Virus record (IMG/VR): IMGVR_UViG_3300008954_000001
Source of the DNA: a virus
Lineage: Duplodnaviria > Caudoviricetes
Reading direction: 5' to 3' (one strand)
Length of the DNA stretch: 64,000 nucleotides
Shown one piece after another: positions 26,501 to 36,591 of this stretch; within the stretch, counting starts at the first letter, position 1; each line of letters begins with the position of its first letter. A program made the position numbers and the translations under genes. Below the pieces are notes generated by a model. That model made no database searches. It had not been told where the DNA came from and saw nothing but the letters and a program-made list of their open reading frames with translations.

Positions 26501-29500
26501 TCCGCAGCCACTTCAGCGAGAACATTGGCAATCGGCTTCATGTCGAAGTTGGCATTATTGATCTCAACTCGACTGTCGTAATACCCCCCTGTTGGAGATA
26601 TGTAGCCCTTACTTTGAGTAATGATCTTTTCCAGCACGTTCATGCTGTCGAATCGGGTCATGTCCGTCCGACTGACAAGCTGCCAAGGCTCCATGGCAAA
26701 CGAGGTTTCGGGGGCAGTGAGCGTTCCAGGCATCCCGATAGCGAGACCGGGGCCTACACCTTGCGGCCCTTGTACTGAACCAGTACTGAGTTCGGAGCGG
26801 CCACGACTCATGACAGTCGAGGATTTTGCGCTCGAAGGAGAGACCGTAATGATCTTTTCACGGGCGATTGGCTGGAGGGCGTAGCGAACTGGGAAATGCA
26901 CCCCGCCTGTTTCACCCAATACCGAAGGTTCGTCCGTATCAGGCCAGCTTCCATGCACTCCCAAGGGGGCATACATGATAGGCCGACTAAATCCCGTGTC
27001 GTCACCCTTTACGGTTGCGGCGAGATACCTGTTGTTACTGAATTCTGGGAAGAAGGTTTCGCAATCCCCACCAAGAAGCAATTTGGTCGTGGTAGGACAA
27101 CGATTGATTCGGAAGATATCTGTTCGGAGATCAAGTCGCCCTTTATTCTTTTGGACATCCAACGCTCGCTGATGGCCCGAAGTCCATGTCGAGTCGATCT
27201 GCATCTCGGTGGTTTGCCCTGCGATCCGTTGAGAATCAAGGATACTGCCGAAACGGTGAATGTGGGGCCGAGTGAGATGTACATAGGAACCCGCATTTTC
27301 TTCTGAAAGCGGGTGTGAAAATACCCAACGCAACCCTCGTGCGGCACTCTGTACGGGCATTAGCGGGAAAACAAGATCGGTGTCTTCAGTGGTGTTCGGG
27401 TTGTAGATACCCGCCGGGTCTTGGCTCAAGTACCCAATATACGGCATGGGGAGAGCATTGTTTCGATCTCCAACTGACCGATCCACACCACAAGAATGAC
27501 CAATATCTTTCGAGAACCCGACAACATGCGGCCCGTCATAAACATCATAAGAGATAGACTCTGGGGACGTGTACGGCAGATAAGGGGCTAAGGCTCCCGT
27601 GGGTACGCCCACTTGAGCCACATCCCTTCGTGTGCGCCAATGGACTTGGAAGCAAGCAGACCCGCCTACAACTCGGTCATAAACAGGGTAGGACTCGCTC
27701 AGTCCAATCGATTCCAGTGCCGCTAAGTCGTAGTGGGCCGATAGAACATCTCCCTTTACGTTCCACACTACGAACCCATTTCCAGCGTTGATGCCGGGGA
27801 ATACCGTTTCTAAAAAGAGCACCCCATTAGATTCGGACCTACCATTCAGGAAATTAGCCGCAAGCTCACTGGTGAGAGCTACGGGTGCCGCCGTTGGCCA
27901 ATCGGTGTTGTCACCACAGACACCAGCCAAGACCATATCTGCCTTGCTGATTGAAGTTGAAAACAGAAGGGGGTTCTGACCAAATCCGTCAAAAGCACCG
28001 CCATAGGGGGCTGGCTGGTTTACCTCTCCCGCTAAGTGGAAGTTTAGGTACAGGTTGTCATAAGACGGCAACAACCATTCTTGATCCCCGTGGACTACCG
28101 GGGTACTGCGCCGACACAAGCCAAAGTGACCCATTTGATCGCCACAGTTAGTGTGGCGATCTGAAATACTCGATACATACGGAGCACGAGGACGCAGCGG
28201 GAACCAACCCGTATGGTCATCAGAACGAGTTCCTTTAGGCTTCATAGACAACGGCACTCGTTGGGAGTCGTCGCAGTTGTACTTTCTGAGAAGGGCTACG
28301 GATTTTACCTTTGCGGTATGTTCGGGGTGGACATAAAGACCACGACCATCTCGCAAATCTGCTCGGTCAACTACCTGCCAATCCTCAACCACATCGATGA
28401 TTGTGTACCAACCAGTGTGTGCATAGGTGTGGGTGCCGCAAACATACAACATGCGACCCACATCGCCTTCCCCTGTTTCGGGGGAGGGGGCAACAAACCT
28501 GTGGTTCAAGTCGTAAAAGACAGCATCCCCTTGAAGTGCCGTTTTTACCCAATAATCTCCAGTTCGACCTGTCTCAAATCGCCAATAAGCAGGCTCGGAC
28601 AACCCTCCTGAAACACCTCTTGGCCCCAACACTGGAACAAACTCAACATTAGGGGTGATCCTCATGTTGTGGCCAGAAAGAGGTCGTCGGACGAATCGCC
28701 TGTCTACTCGATCCCCAAAACCGTTCGCAAGACCCTTCTCGGAGAAAGGCTCTCGATCCACATCGGGATCGAAGTTCTCAGAAATATCGTAGACCACTTC
28801 AGGTGCGGCATACCGTATAAAGGGCGTTAGGGGATCAATCGGATTGAAGTATGGGACTTTCCGAACACTCTGAGCAACCAAAGAGCCGTTCGTCGGTGAA
28901 CGAACACCGTCTCCCAAGATACCTAAACTGGTACTTGCGTTTTTCAAGTTCTGGAAGCGGCCTGTCGCACCCACAGTGTAGAAGGTGCCGTTTGTGGTGT
29001 CTTCTACCACCATCCCATCCAGCAACCGCATCTGCACTAATGCGGTATCCTTATTGAAAAAACCGGGATCTTCACGACTAATCGCATGTCGGTAGGCTTG
29101 TGAGATCGCTCCAGGTTGACCGAAGTGTGTGTAGTGACCTCGGTCGAAAATACTAAGACACGGGGCGTTGGTGTTCGCCGGGTTGGAAAACTGACCCGCC
29201 CCGAATACGGAATCCGCTTGGAAAACCGCCGAAGCATTGAACCCGAAGGGGGAGATATCCAAGCGAGCGTTCGGGAGAGTGGCGGATGGTGGTAGACCGC
29301 CTACACCGTCTTCAACATAGATCGAACTGATTGTTGCGTTGACAAACTCATAAAGAGGAATGTCAGTCGGGGTGATACCGCCGCCAGATGCGTGTTTCGT
29401 GGGGTCTCCCATAAGGTTCTGGTTGGCTCGGAATTCACCTCTACCTGTTGGGCCTTGTGGGAGAAGTAAAACTTCTCCTTGGACAGGAATCCCCATCCCG

Positions 29501-32500
29501 GCGATGCCAGAACGATTGTGACTCCCTACACGAGATTTGCGATACGGGTTCATCCCCGTTGCATCGAGAGATCGGAAGGCCCTTTCGTAAACTGCCGTAC
29601 CTGGGGTACGGAAGACCAGACCAGAGCTAATATGGGGGAACAGCGTATCGCTGATCCCTAAGCCCAAGCTCTTTTGGATCGCACGAGACTTAAATTCTCG
29701 TGAACCACTGTAATTTCCGTGGATAACACTTATCCCTGCCGTACTGCCCGACGCTGCTGTGTAAACAGTCAGCATATCAAGGGCCATGTTGCCGCTTACT
29801 GCGGGGCCAGAGTACACTTGTGAAGCGGCTTCGGCGGCCAGCATGTTTGCAGCCAAACCTTGAGCCGCCCAAGGGCTTTCAAAAACAATGCGACCTTGAG
29901 GATTAGCCACAGACAGTTCCCCATGGAACTCTGCGGTATTGAAGGTAGAGGGTAGCTCCACTCCAACATCAGCGGGTTTCAAGCCATTGTAGAAAGGCCA
30001 TGCCCCTCGTCCCCAAACCGTCATTTGGCCGATGCTTTCGACCTGTCGGGATCGGGGCGTTGCTCGGAAAGCGGTTGCTTGAACTAAGCCCAAACCACCA
30101 TCCATAATAACGCCGGGACCAAGCCGTCTTGGGTATCCAAGATGGTTGACCCGCCCTGTTTCGGGGTCTACTACAAACTCGCCTTTAGCGTTGTCGCTTG
30201 CAGCCCCATCCAGCAGTCCAGCGGAATCCGCCAGCACCACCATCCTTGCAGAAAAGGGAACTGTTTGAACATTGTATTCTTCATCTTCGCCCATAAACGC
30301 TGCATCGTTTACCGCAAAGAAAGCTCGACTGAAGTGCTGTCCGAAACGCCCAACTTGGTCGTGAACCCCTAAAAGCTCACAGCCAGTTTGCTCGAACAAC
30401 GGTGCATTACCGGAGTCCGCCGCATAACCTTCAGTATTATGGGAAGCGGGGTGTTGATAGCTCGCAAGGAGTGGGATCAATTCAGCCGATAGGGAGGACT
30501 TTCCAGCCACAAGCTGCGGATCAAGCGTCAGGCCCCGCAAAGACATCGGAGCACCTGTTGGAGACCCACCGGGGTCTACGACATCCGCTGTCATAATCGC
30601 ATGAGCACCTAAACGGTCTCGGAAAACGCCCCAAAATAGTCCGTCGCCCGCCAGTTGCCAATCATCTCCGATTGGTGACGGTGTTACCGGAGCGAAGGAA
30701 CTGAGTTTAGCGGGCTTGAAATCATCAAGATTCTTTCTCTTAAAGCCCTCAATCCGAATCAAAAGGGTTGCCACCACTTGTGATTCACGCTGACGACCGG
30801 GGCTTAAAGCGTCATCCCGTCCAGAAGGCCGACCTAAAGGCTGGTGCATGTTGGGGGCATCTGAAAGCGGTCGAGTATTCGTAAGCACCGGAGCGGATAC
30901 AATACGGAATAAGCCTGTGGACCATTTCTCAGAATTAGTTCCAAAACTGGGCGGGGAAATCTTCGTGTTTGAAGTAATCGGCTCATCCGACAACCGTAGA
31001 TAAGAACCAACCAAAGAAGGCATCAAAATCGGCGGCTGAGAGGCCAATCCCATTTGGCCTACATGATAACCAAGCTGACCCGTACTTAAAGCGGCGTGGC
31101 CTGCGGCGGAAATGCCCGTAACAGGGTCGCCCAACCAATCCGCAACCCAATCCCCGCCCGCTGCCCCTCGTAAGGCCAATAGGTCTGCGCCTGTCAAAGC
31201 GATTTGAATCGTAGTTTCCTGAATCACCACCCCATCAGGAGCTAATGTCGTTAGCTTACTTGGAAGGTGACCTGCGGAAACATCGAATCGCCCCGAAATT
31301 TCTCCGCCGCTTCGAGGAAATGCTGTCGCATACCGAGAGCGAAGGGGGCGAACATTTCGCAACCAGAGGTGAGCATCACCACTGATTCGGATACCACCAA
31401 CACCACCAACACGAGGAGCCTCATTAGAAATTCCGTGGGTGCTGGCTACCGCTGTGTTCTTTCGTTTACGGTCGGTCCAATAACCTTGAGTGTCTAAGCC
31501 GCCATCACTGGAAAGTACGGAGGCTGTCGTTTTGAAAGAGGCTTTCGCCATCCCACCCAAAGTGGTTGTGAAGGCACCAGCTTCTAAGTACACCGAGGAC
31601 TGACTAAAATCTTGTGGTGCAAGAGAGTCCGGGCGGTAGCCGTGAATAACATTGTGAAGGGCAAGGCCCGTAGGTTCTAATGCCCCCATTGAAGAGAACA
31701 AGGAAACCCTGCCCGCCCCAACCAATACGGAAGAAGGAGTGGTGGATGTCCCACCAGATAGCCCCTGATCTTTGACAGAAACATCCATGTTCCTGTTGTG
31801 GACCAGATGGGCTACGGCGGCATGTGTGCCGCCCAAGGGAGAAGGAACAATAGAAACACTTGTTGTCAGCGTCCCCCACAAAGACCCGAAGGAAGATAAG
31901 GGGAGAACTTGATCAGGACTCGTAATCGCTGTGGGGTCGAACCCCGCCGTGACACCAGCACCCCTTACAAGAGAAGTGCTGTTACGAGGACCAGCTAAAA
32001 CATACAGGTGTGGTGAGGTTTTGTGTTTTGCCAGAACCCGACCTTCAATAGAACATTCAATGGCTTGGTTACCTTTGGTGACTGAGCCGAAAGAAACAAT
32101 GTCTCCGAACGCAATATCGCTCCAAACGGTTTCCGGTAACTGCCACTCGCTTCTATCAACGGGTTTCGTTTCCAACAGAAAGGAAGTGTGGCTTATGGGG
32201 TATGGGTCGAACAAAGCCCGACCGAAAGAGTTCTCGTTGAACTCCTCTACACCAAAGGTCATATAGATATTGGTGATCCCAGCATCTTTACCGTGCCGAC
32301 CTTCGGGGAGAATTTCTGGCCTATCCCAAGGCCAAGACCAACGTCCGGCCCAACCTGAAGCGGGGTGGTCATACGCAATACCACCCGTCCTACCGAGAAA
32401 GTTTGCTTCGCCAACAGTTGTGGCGTTCGGGTCTGTGAAGGGCCTTTGGGTTTTACTTACCCCTCCAACAACATGAACATCAAGCCCAAGCCCTACGGCC

Positions 32501-35500
32501 CCCATCAAGGATTGATCGTTAAACCAATCGGACATGCCTCCAGTTGGGAACTTGACATCAAATAAGTAGCCCTTGCCACTTCTTCTAAAGCTGGTGATGG
32601 GGAAAGAGCCTGCATATCGCCCTAAGGGGCGGGTGCCGCTTCGTTCAAAACCAAGTTCTTGAACATTCCCTCGCAAGGTAAGAGAGTGGTGATCCCACGA
32701 CCCCGTGTTCACAGACGTGGGGTACTCTTCAGGTCCACTCACATAGGAGTTATCTCCATAGAACAATCCACAGCGGGACTTCCCTGACTGGTGCTCAAAT
32801 GTCCCACCGAGGAAATGAACTAAACTCTCTCTCTCTTTCCCGTCACTACTGGCTGGCCGCACTTCCAACAATACGTTGTGAAAGGGAGCGGCTTTCCGAT
32901 GAAGCTCACTTGCGTTACTGGCATTCATGCCACCCAACTCGCTCTCAATATTGAGAGCGACCCCTCGGCCACCGCACAAGAGAGCAACTTGGTCTCCCGC
33001 TTCTGCGGGGTGTCGATGATCGTTTCGAGCCGTGAAGATCAACTGGTGTTCGTACTTAACCGCATCTAAGGTAAGAGGTCCGGCGGTAGTCGTAACCGTC
33101 GTAGTGTTCTGCAACTCAGGGTTTTCAGATGGGGTCAGGATATCCTGAAGGAAGTTAGCTTTACCCAACGCAACTAATGTAGAGGGGTTCTGAGAAGTCG
33201 CTACGTCGGAGTACAGTCCCGTCTTATTGAGGTAATCGGCTAACTCAATTGGATTGGTGCAAGTAACTGGGTGGACGGGTTTTGGGATCACCATCTCATA
33301 GTGAATCCAAGCCGTAGGTGTTCTTGGGTCTGCTGATCGTAGGTCGATCAGAAATCTCAATGCTGTCTTGATCTCAACTGGAAATTCAAGTTTAGATACC
33401 AAGTAAGGAGTTTCGGGGAGGGCTTGAATTTGCCGCCCCGTGGCCGTCAGTACCTTTTGCTTGTGAACAGGATCTGAGTCAAAATCTACAACATTCCGAT
33501 TGGCACCCGTTAGAGTCCGTAAACCATAGCGTCCAGCAGGGGTTCCTGTGTTCAGGTGGTCAGAAATATCTTTCCAAGTAAGCACCCCATCAGAAGTGGC
33601 GGTAGCCCACCAAAGCGGATTTGATGCCGCTTCCGCCCTACGCTTATCGGTGGACCCGATGGTAACCATGTCTCGTTTGAGGGCATACCCAAAACGCTGA
33701 CCCTTTGCCGGGATGTTTTGGGTAATGACAACAGAGCTAACTGTGGCACCCTCAACAACCGCCGATAAAAGATTCGCTATACCGTCTTGTTCGTGGGACT
33801 CGAAAAGCTCAAGAGCGTTCCAATCTCCGGTATTGGTATTCCGAAGGGCGATTGAAAAACCATTAGGAACAGGAGAGCCTACTTTTGGTTGGACTCCAAT
33901 ATCCTCGATCAGACCAGCGACCCGTCGCCATTGAACACCAGATGCGGGAGAGGACTCCCAATTGGTGTACATACGACCACGAGAGACTTCGATTCCGATC
34001 TCATGTGTTTGATCGGGGGCTGGCAGGTGGCCAGAAGGCATCCATGGAGGATCGTCAGTTGACCATCGTTGCGTTTTAGCGTCGAAATGGAACCGAGAGA
34101 TTTCTGATGTTTTCCCGTCTCCGAGGTCTCCAAGAGGGAAGAAGGCTCGCAACTCTTCGGCGGGACCAGCCACCGCTGTCGGCATGACCGTCATCGAGCC
34201 GTCGAAATTGTAGGTCACATTTCCGTAAGCTAATCGGACAACATCCGTGCGAGCACTGCTACCGTAAGTCGTATCAAAACGATGATCTAAATCCCCACGG
34301 TGCCTGAAAAAAACACCCGTATCTTGATTAAGAGTGATCGTGTTTGGCCCTATCGTTGAGAAAGGCCCTACTCCAACTTGGAAGTAGATTTGTCTGAAGG
34401 AGATTTCCTCTGGACCCCATTTGATCCCGTCGTAATAGATATGGAGATCCGACAAAGGATGGTGATCTTGCGTATCCAAATAGGGAAGACCAGAAGGCTG
34501 CATCGCAAGGGTGAGGTGACCCGTTTCTGGGAAACTCCCTACTTCAAAGGAGCCTCGAAGTACCGTTAAGGTATCCCCCCAACTGTAATCCTTTACCTTG
34601 GGAAGATGCCGCAACATCTTTTTGCTTGAGAAGACATCTCGTTGAGTGGGGTTTGGGTAACCCAAATTTGCCGAATGTAGATCCCCGCCCGTCATTCGGA
34701 CAGAGGAACCTCGTTGGCCGCCTTCCATAGAGTAAGGCACAAAAGCAGCCCATAAGAGAGGCCGCCCCGCCTTATCCAAAGCAATGTCTCCGCCCGGTTT
34801 AGGGGTGTGGGAGAACTTCACGACACCCGAAGCGTAATCAATGTCTACATATTGGGTTTCGTCTAAATCGGGATCGAGAATCAACTCACGGGAAGCTAAT
34901 GGCCTCTCATAGTCTGGTCGTTCAGCTTTGCTTTTATCCGAAGGGAAAAGAACCATTCGGAAACCGAGGTCCAAAAGACTCCCAGGATCAGTGTACTTTT
35001 GTGTGTTCGGGATCGCTCGATCTGCTCGTGCAGAAGAGCCTCCGCCGGGAACATCGTTTGTCCCATGCACCTTTAAGGAACGGCCAACTTCTTTCGGGTC
35101 GATCAAACCCGTCAAACGAGCCGAATCTAACGCATCGGCATCAAAGTTAACCCCTGGCCCGTGAAGAGAATCAATCCCATCGTGGGCGGTACAATGGAGT
35201 TCGCCAACACCCGGCCCCTGAGTACGTAACTCGTGGTCAGGGTTCGCCAAAAAGAAGGGAACCCCTGTTTCAGGGTCTACGGTGTTGTGGTGTCGCAGTT
35301 CTACAAAGTATCCCTTTGACTTCGTTCGACCAATCTTGACTGCTTCAAAATAGCCGAGAGCACGTTTCGCCGTTGGGCAAACGGCAGGTAGACCTTCTTT
35401 GTCGAGATTGACTTCCGAAATGTGGATAATCGTAGTTTTCGGGTCTCCACCACCCAACCGCTTATCAAGCCACTCATAAACACCTTTCTTGACTCCGATG

Positions 35501-36540
35501 CGGAACCGTCCAGGTGGTGAAATCCCTAAGAAGTTCACATGAAGCGGAGCTTCGTGACTCAAGATCGCTTTGAATGTGCCGTGATCTGAATCGTATTCGG
35601 GGTCGAGGCTGATTGCTACAGGTCGAGGAATCGGCAAAGCCACTCGGCCCATGTAGTCGGCGGTGTCCCCTTTCCAAGCCACACGGGGCATCCAAAGATC
35701 GTCCGAAGCGGCGGAAGTTGGGGGAGTGACGACAAAGGACCGATTGTTGGAACCTCTAACGGGAACCAGCCGTGCGGTCTTCGCTTTTAATATGGTGATA
35801 GCTTTGAAAAAGCGTTTGTTGGAAGTGCTGGTCGTCTCGAAATACTCGTCGAGAGTCTTCGGGCCTTCCAAATCAATAATAGTGTTGTCTCGGATACTTT
35901 TGATACGAAACAACTCGTATCGAGCCGTACCGAGATGCTTTTCGGTCTCTACATGCCCTCTCTCTGGAAGGGTGGGGGGCTTGGAGACTTTCTTTGTAGT
36001 GGGGTCGTAAAGAGGACCGCCAGGATCGGTAACTACAATCCAATAAGGGTGGTTTTCCACATCGTCTGACTTAAGGCCATAAATGTTGCTAATTGCCGTG
36101 CTAAATTCCAAACGGCGGGGGCCAGTAACTGCCCACTGGTGTTGCGCCAACTCTGCGTTTTTAAGAGTTGGTCCATGCACCTCAAAGCTAACGGGGTGGC
36201 CTACAAGGGATAGCCCTAAATCCCCTTGGGCATTTGTGTTCCAAGCATACGGAACAAAGTTGATCTCTGGATAACCTCGCCGCCCCAAACGATTGTCAAA
36301 GCCGCTAATCGGTGCGGGAATATCAGCTTGGGTCGGTAATTTACCGTGTCCTAAGGTGTAGGATGCCGCCCAACTACCAGCGAAATCCTTTACTGCTTCT
36401 GCTGCTCGAATTGCTCTTGGAGGCACAGAGTCTTGACGACCAAACAATTCTTGCCAAGGCTGGCGTAATTGATCCGTGTCAGCGGCCTCTGCGAGCAACT
36501 TTCGCAAGCGATTTAATAGATCGTTCGTGCCCGTGGCCAT
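23503..36540 (-). CDS. Giant virion protein (~4345 aa), mostly beta/Pro-Gly-rich, with an internal ~425-aa helical insert
   Basis: Uninterrupted 13-kb ORF. SD GGAG favours ATG 36540 over TTG 36543. Embedded among structural genes. Confidence 0.75.
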   Translation of the reverse strand: MATGTNDLLNRLRKLLAEAADTDQLRQPWQELFGRQDSVPPRAIRAAEAVKDFAGSWAASYTLGHGKLPTQADIPAPISGFDNRLGRRGYPEINFVPYAWNTNAQGDLGLSLVGHPVSFEVHGPTLKNAELAQHQWAVTGPRRLEFSTAISNIYGLKSDDVENHPYWIVVTDPGGPLYDPTTKKVSKPPTLPERGHVETEKHLGTARYELFRIKSIRDNTIIDLEGPKTLDEYFETTSTSNKRFFKAITILKAKTARLVPVRGSNNRSFVVTPPTSAASDDLWMPRVAWKGDTADYMGRVALPIPRPVAISLDPEYDSDHGTFKAILSHEAPLHVNFLGISPPGRFRIGVKKGVYEWLDKRLGGGDPKTTIIHISEVNLDKEGLPAVCPTAKRALGYFEAVKIGRTKSKGYFVELRHHNTVDPETGVPFFLANPDHELRTQGPGVGELHCTAHDGIDSLHGPGVNFDADALDSARLTGLIDPKEVGRSLKVHGTNDVPGGGSSARADRAIPNTQKYTDPGSLLDLGFRMVLFPSDKSKAERPDYERPLASRELILDPDLDETQYVDIDYASGVVKFSHTPKPGGDIALDKAGRPLLWAAFVPYSMEGGQRGSSVRMTGGDLHSANLGYPNPTQRDVFSSKKMLRHLPKVKDYSWGDTLTVLRGSFEVGSFPETGHLTLAMQPSGLPYLDTQDHHPLSDLHIYYDGIKWGPEEISFRQIYFQVGVGPFSTIGPNTITLNQDTGVFFRHRGDLDHRFDTTYGSSARTDVVRLAYGNVTYNFDGSMTVMPTAVAGPAEELRAFFPLGDLGDGKTSEISRFHFDAKTQRWSTDDPPWMPSGHLPAPDQTHEIGIEVSRGRMYTNWESSPASGVQWRRVAGLIEDIGVQPKVGSPVPNGFSIALRNTNTGDWNALELFESHEQDGIANLLSAVVEGATVSSVVITQNIPAKGQRFGYALKRDMVTIGSTDKRRAEAASNPLWWATATSDGVLTWKDISDHLNTGTPAGRYGLRTLTGANRNVVDFDSDPVHKQKVLTATGRQIQALPETPYLVSKLEFPVEIKTALRFLIDLRSADPRTPTAWIHYEMVIPKPVHPVTCTNPIELADYLNKTGLYSDVATSQNPSTLVALGKANFLQDILTPSENPELQNTTTVTTTAGPLTLDAVKYEHQLIFTARNDHRHPAEAGDQVALLCGGRGVALNIESELGGMNASNASELHRKAAPFHNVLLEVRPASSDGKERESLVHFLGGTFEHQSGKSRCGLFYGDNSYVSGPEEYPTSVNTGSWDHHSLTLRGNVQELGFERSGTRPLGRYAGSFPITSFRRSGKGYLFDVKFPTGGMSDWFNDQSLMGAVGLGLDVHVVGGVSKTQRPFTDPNATTVGEANFLGRTGGIAYDHPASGWAGRWSWPWDRPEILPEGRHGKDAGITNIYMTFGVEEFNENSFGRALFDPYPISHTSFLLETKPVDRSEWQLPETVWSDIAFGDIVSFGSVTKGNQAIECSIEGRVLAKHKTSPHLYVLAGPRNSTSLVRGAGVTAGFDPTAITSPDQVLPLSSFGSLWGTLTTSVSIVPSPLGGTHAAVAHLVHNRNMDVSVKDQGLSGGTSTTPSSVLVGAGRVSLFSSMGALEPTGLALHNVIHGYRPDSLAPQDFSQSSVYLEAGAFTTTLGGMAKASFKTTASVLSSDGGLDTQGYWTDRKRKNTAVASTHGISNEAPRVGGVGGIRISGDAHLWLRNVRPLRSRYATAFPRSGGEISGRFDVSAGHLPSKLTTLAPDGVVIQETTIQIALTGADLLALRGAAGGDWVADWLGDPVTGISAAGHAALSTGQLGYHVGQMGLASQPPILMPSLVGSYLRLSDEPITSNTKISPPSFGTNSEKWSTGLFRIVSAPVLTNTRPLSDAPNMHQPLGRPSGRDDALSPGRQRESQVVATLLIRIEGFKRKNLDDFKPAKLSSFAPVTPSPIGDDWQLAGDGLFWGVFRDRLGAHAIMTADVVDPGGSPTGAPMSLRGLTLDPQLVAGKSSLSAELIPLLASYQHPASHNTEGYAADSGNAPLFEQTGCELLGVHDQVGRFGQHFSRAFFAVNDAAFMGEDEEYNVQTVPFSARMVVLADSAGLLDGAASDNAKGEFVVDPETGRVNHLGYPRRLGPGVIMDGGLGLVQATAFRATPRSRQVESIGQMTVWGRGAWPFYNGLKPADVGVELPSTFNTAEFHGELSVANPQGRIVFESPWAAQGLAANMLAAEAASQVYSGPAVSGNMALDMLTVYTAASGSTAGISVIHGNYSGSREFKSRAIQKSLGLGISDTLFPHISSGLVFRTPGTAVYERAFRSLDATGMNPYRKSRVGSHNRSGIAGMGIPVQGEVLLLPQGPTGRGEFRANQNLMGDPTKHASGGGITPTDIPLYEFVNATISSIYVEDGVGGLPPSATLPNARLDISPFGFNASAVFQADSVFGAGQFSNPANTNAPCLSIFDRGHYTHFGQPGAISQAYRHAISREDPGFFNKDTALVQMRLLDGMVVEDTTNGTFYTVGATGRFQNLKNASTSLGILGDGVRSPTNGSLVAQSVRKVPYFNPIDPLTPFIRYAAPEVVYDISENFDPDVDREPFSEKGLANGFGDRVDRRFVRRPLSGHNMRITPNVEFVPVLGPRGVSGGLSEPAYWRFETGRTGDYWVKTALQGDAVFYDLNHRFVAPSPETGEGDVGRMLYVCGTHTYAHTGWYTIIDVVEDWQVVDRADLRDGRGLYVHPEHTAKVKSVALLRKYNCDDSQRVPLSMKPKGTRSDDHTGWFPLRPRAPYVSSISDRHTNCGDQMGHFGLCRRSTPVVHGDQEWLLPSYDNLYLNFHLAGEVNQPAPYGGAFDGFGQNPLLFSTSISKADMVLAGVCGDNTDWPTAAPVALTSELAANFLNGRSESNGVLFLETVFPGINAGNGFVVWNVKGDVLSAHYDLAALESIGLSESYPVYDRVVGGSACFQVHWRTRRDVAQVGVPTGALAPYLPYTSPESISYDVYDGPHVVGFSKDIGHSCGVDRSVGDRNNALPMPYIGYLSQDPAGIYNPNTTEDTDLVFPLMPVQSAARGLRWVFSHPLSEENAGSYVHLTRPHIHRFGSILDSQRIAGQTTEMQIDSTWTSGHQRALDVQKNKGRLDLRTDIFRINRCPTTTKLLLGGDCETFFPEFSNNRYLAATVKGDDTGFSRPIMYAPLGVHGSWPDTDEPSVLGETGGVHFPVRYALQPIAREKIITVSPSSAKSSTVMSRGRSELSTGSVQGPQGVGPGLAIGMPGTLTAPETSFAMEPWQLVSRTDMTRFDSMNVLEKIITQSKGYISPTGGYYDSRVEINNANFDMKPIANVLAEVAAEGAILAAEMIQLVGDIVAMIVGPMLTALMDLAAALLQLLTEFFNLIVADQLLKACLADPVSANYHILVAELEDLKGDKQEVLSWIDYLKTKKDALELYLKKADEDLVAATKLVFQITAELTATTADASTVTAQISAIDTILANLATLIAAEDTIIDNLETMIQAIEDDLQTNYDWNSDHEADHYANDMTVWTLLQDRKAHQQDLQKHVHVRNMMLADKMEKEQEKLELMEHLTLLNDQITLLNDQLADATTAQALAENDFNRLKNKFKHTDWIDHSADMYALGDWDFVFPAMLGQFESPALDDYCYSSMLDVASRWATDISNDLANKAAQVAAEAAAVIHGGNTLEFLLNAFESTTISADQAIEIAYAKLLVLENIIYELVWLVVAFIEKLMDILKLVLEVFMEGLLGLGGWSAPNPEWLTPIDSTYMWSPAGEWWQLYQPAWASNGPGADHPPPTLKVDLTEAFTQAIAPGSGLNSPHPGRAPRGVRLNRLWVNFGVWGNDPAATSGLGGDRRPWETPGYLPSLETNTAMGADVLDPQYMAFNLILEIPGSQARVWDANDGSDFAKSSGNSGFPFGGRAPTASTTHNSNSLTRHDPHQQRFPGGTIVVPLYCNREAGDMMPNTMERFVTVGPKPSIVARKSYEFNAPVRNPTPDWSGGFYEYGFGTASERPDDLSYFDPNTLAGSGSMGLSGHLHSWDIPDLWLAIPAHMQDANKGLFVNSYNPVLWGGMDFARWKDDATELDGVFSHAKYSRVQASVFPRQSRTGGGLRSAFTSGLIPHGKAFSGFYPQSLSAATLTGLTVAHSGTMPPPPTAEAGSYAESNLEAGYSCPHGFTIALTPVGDFYHEPMGEVGSGLLARLPIHPRKATEQPGNPKLDYNDPRLRVGRYGRQLETLEAVPIESSEMLRQMRVGNWLELILERYGIPAASGSMLPPGARVYLEVAVGPGNASNNNSLGGNLQGTLGAGAWVGNIKLSFDVETADGTAWTTDVNVLGDEEG

Positions 36541-36573
36541 CAATCAATCTCCATGCTTCTGTGAAAGGCGGGG

Positions 36574-36590
36574 TATAGGCAACGCATTGG
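36574..36590 (-). promoter_or_regulatory. Degenerate candidate late promoter CCAAT-N7-CTATA
   Basis: Intergenic, 34 nt upstream of the giant gene; upstream half is a poor match. Confidence 0.25.
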
Positions 36591-36591
36591 A

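Noticed and set aside
31933-31945. GGGGTCGAACCCC resembling a tRNA T-arm
   Set aside because: It lies inside the giant CDS and no cloverleaf can be built around it.
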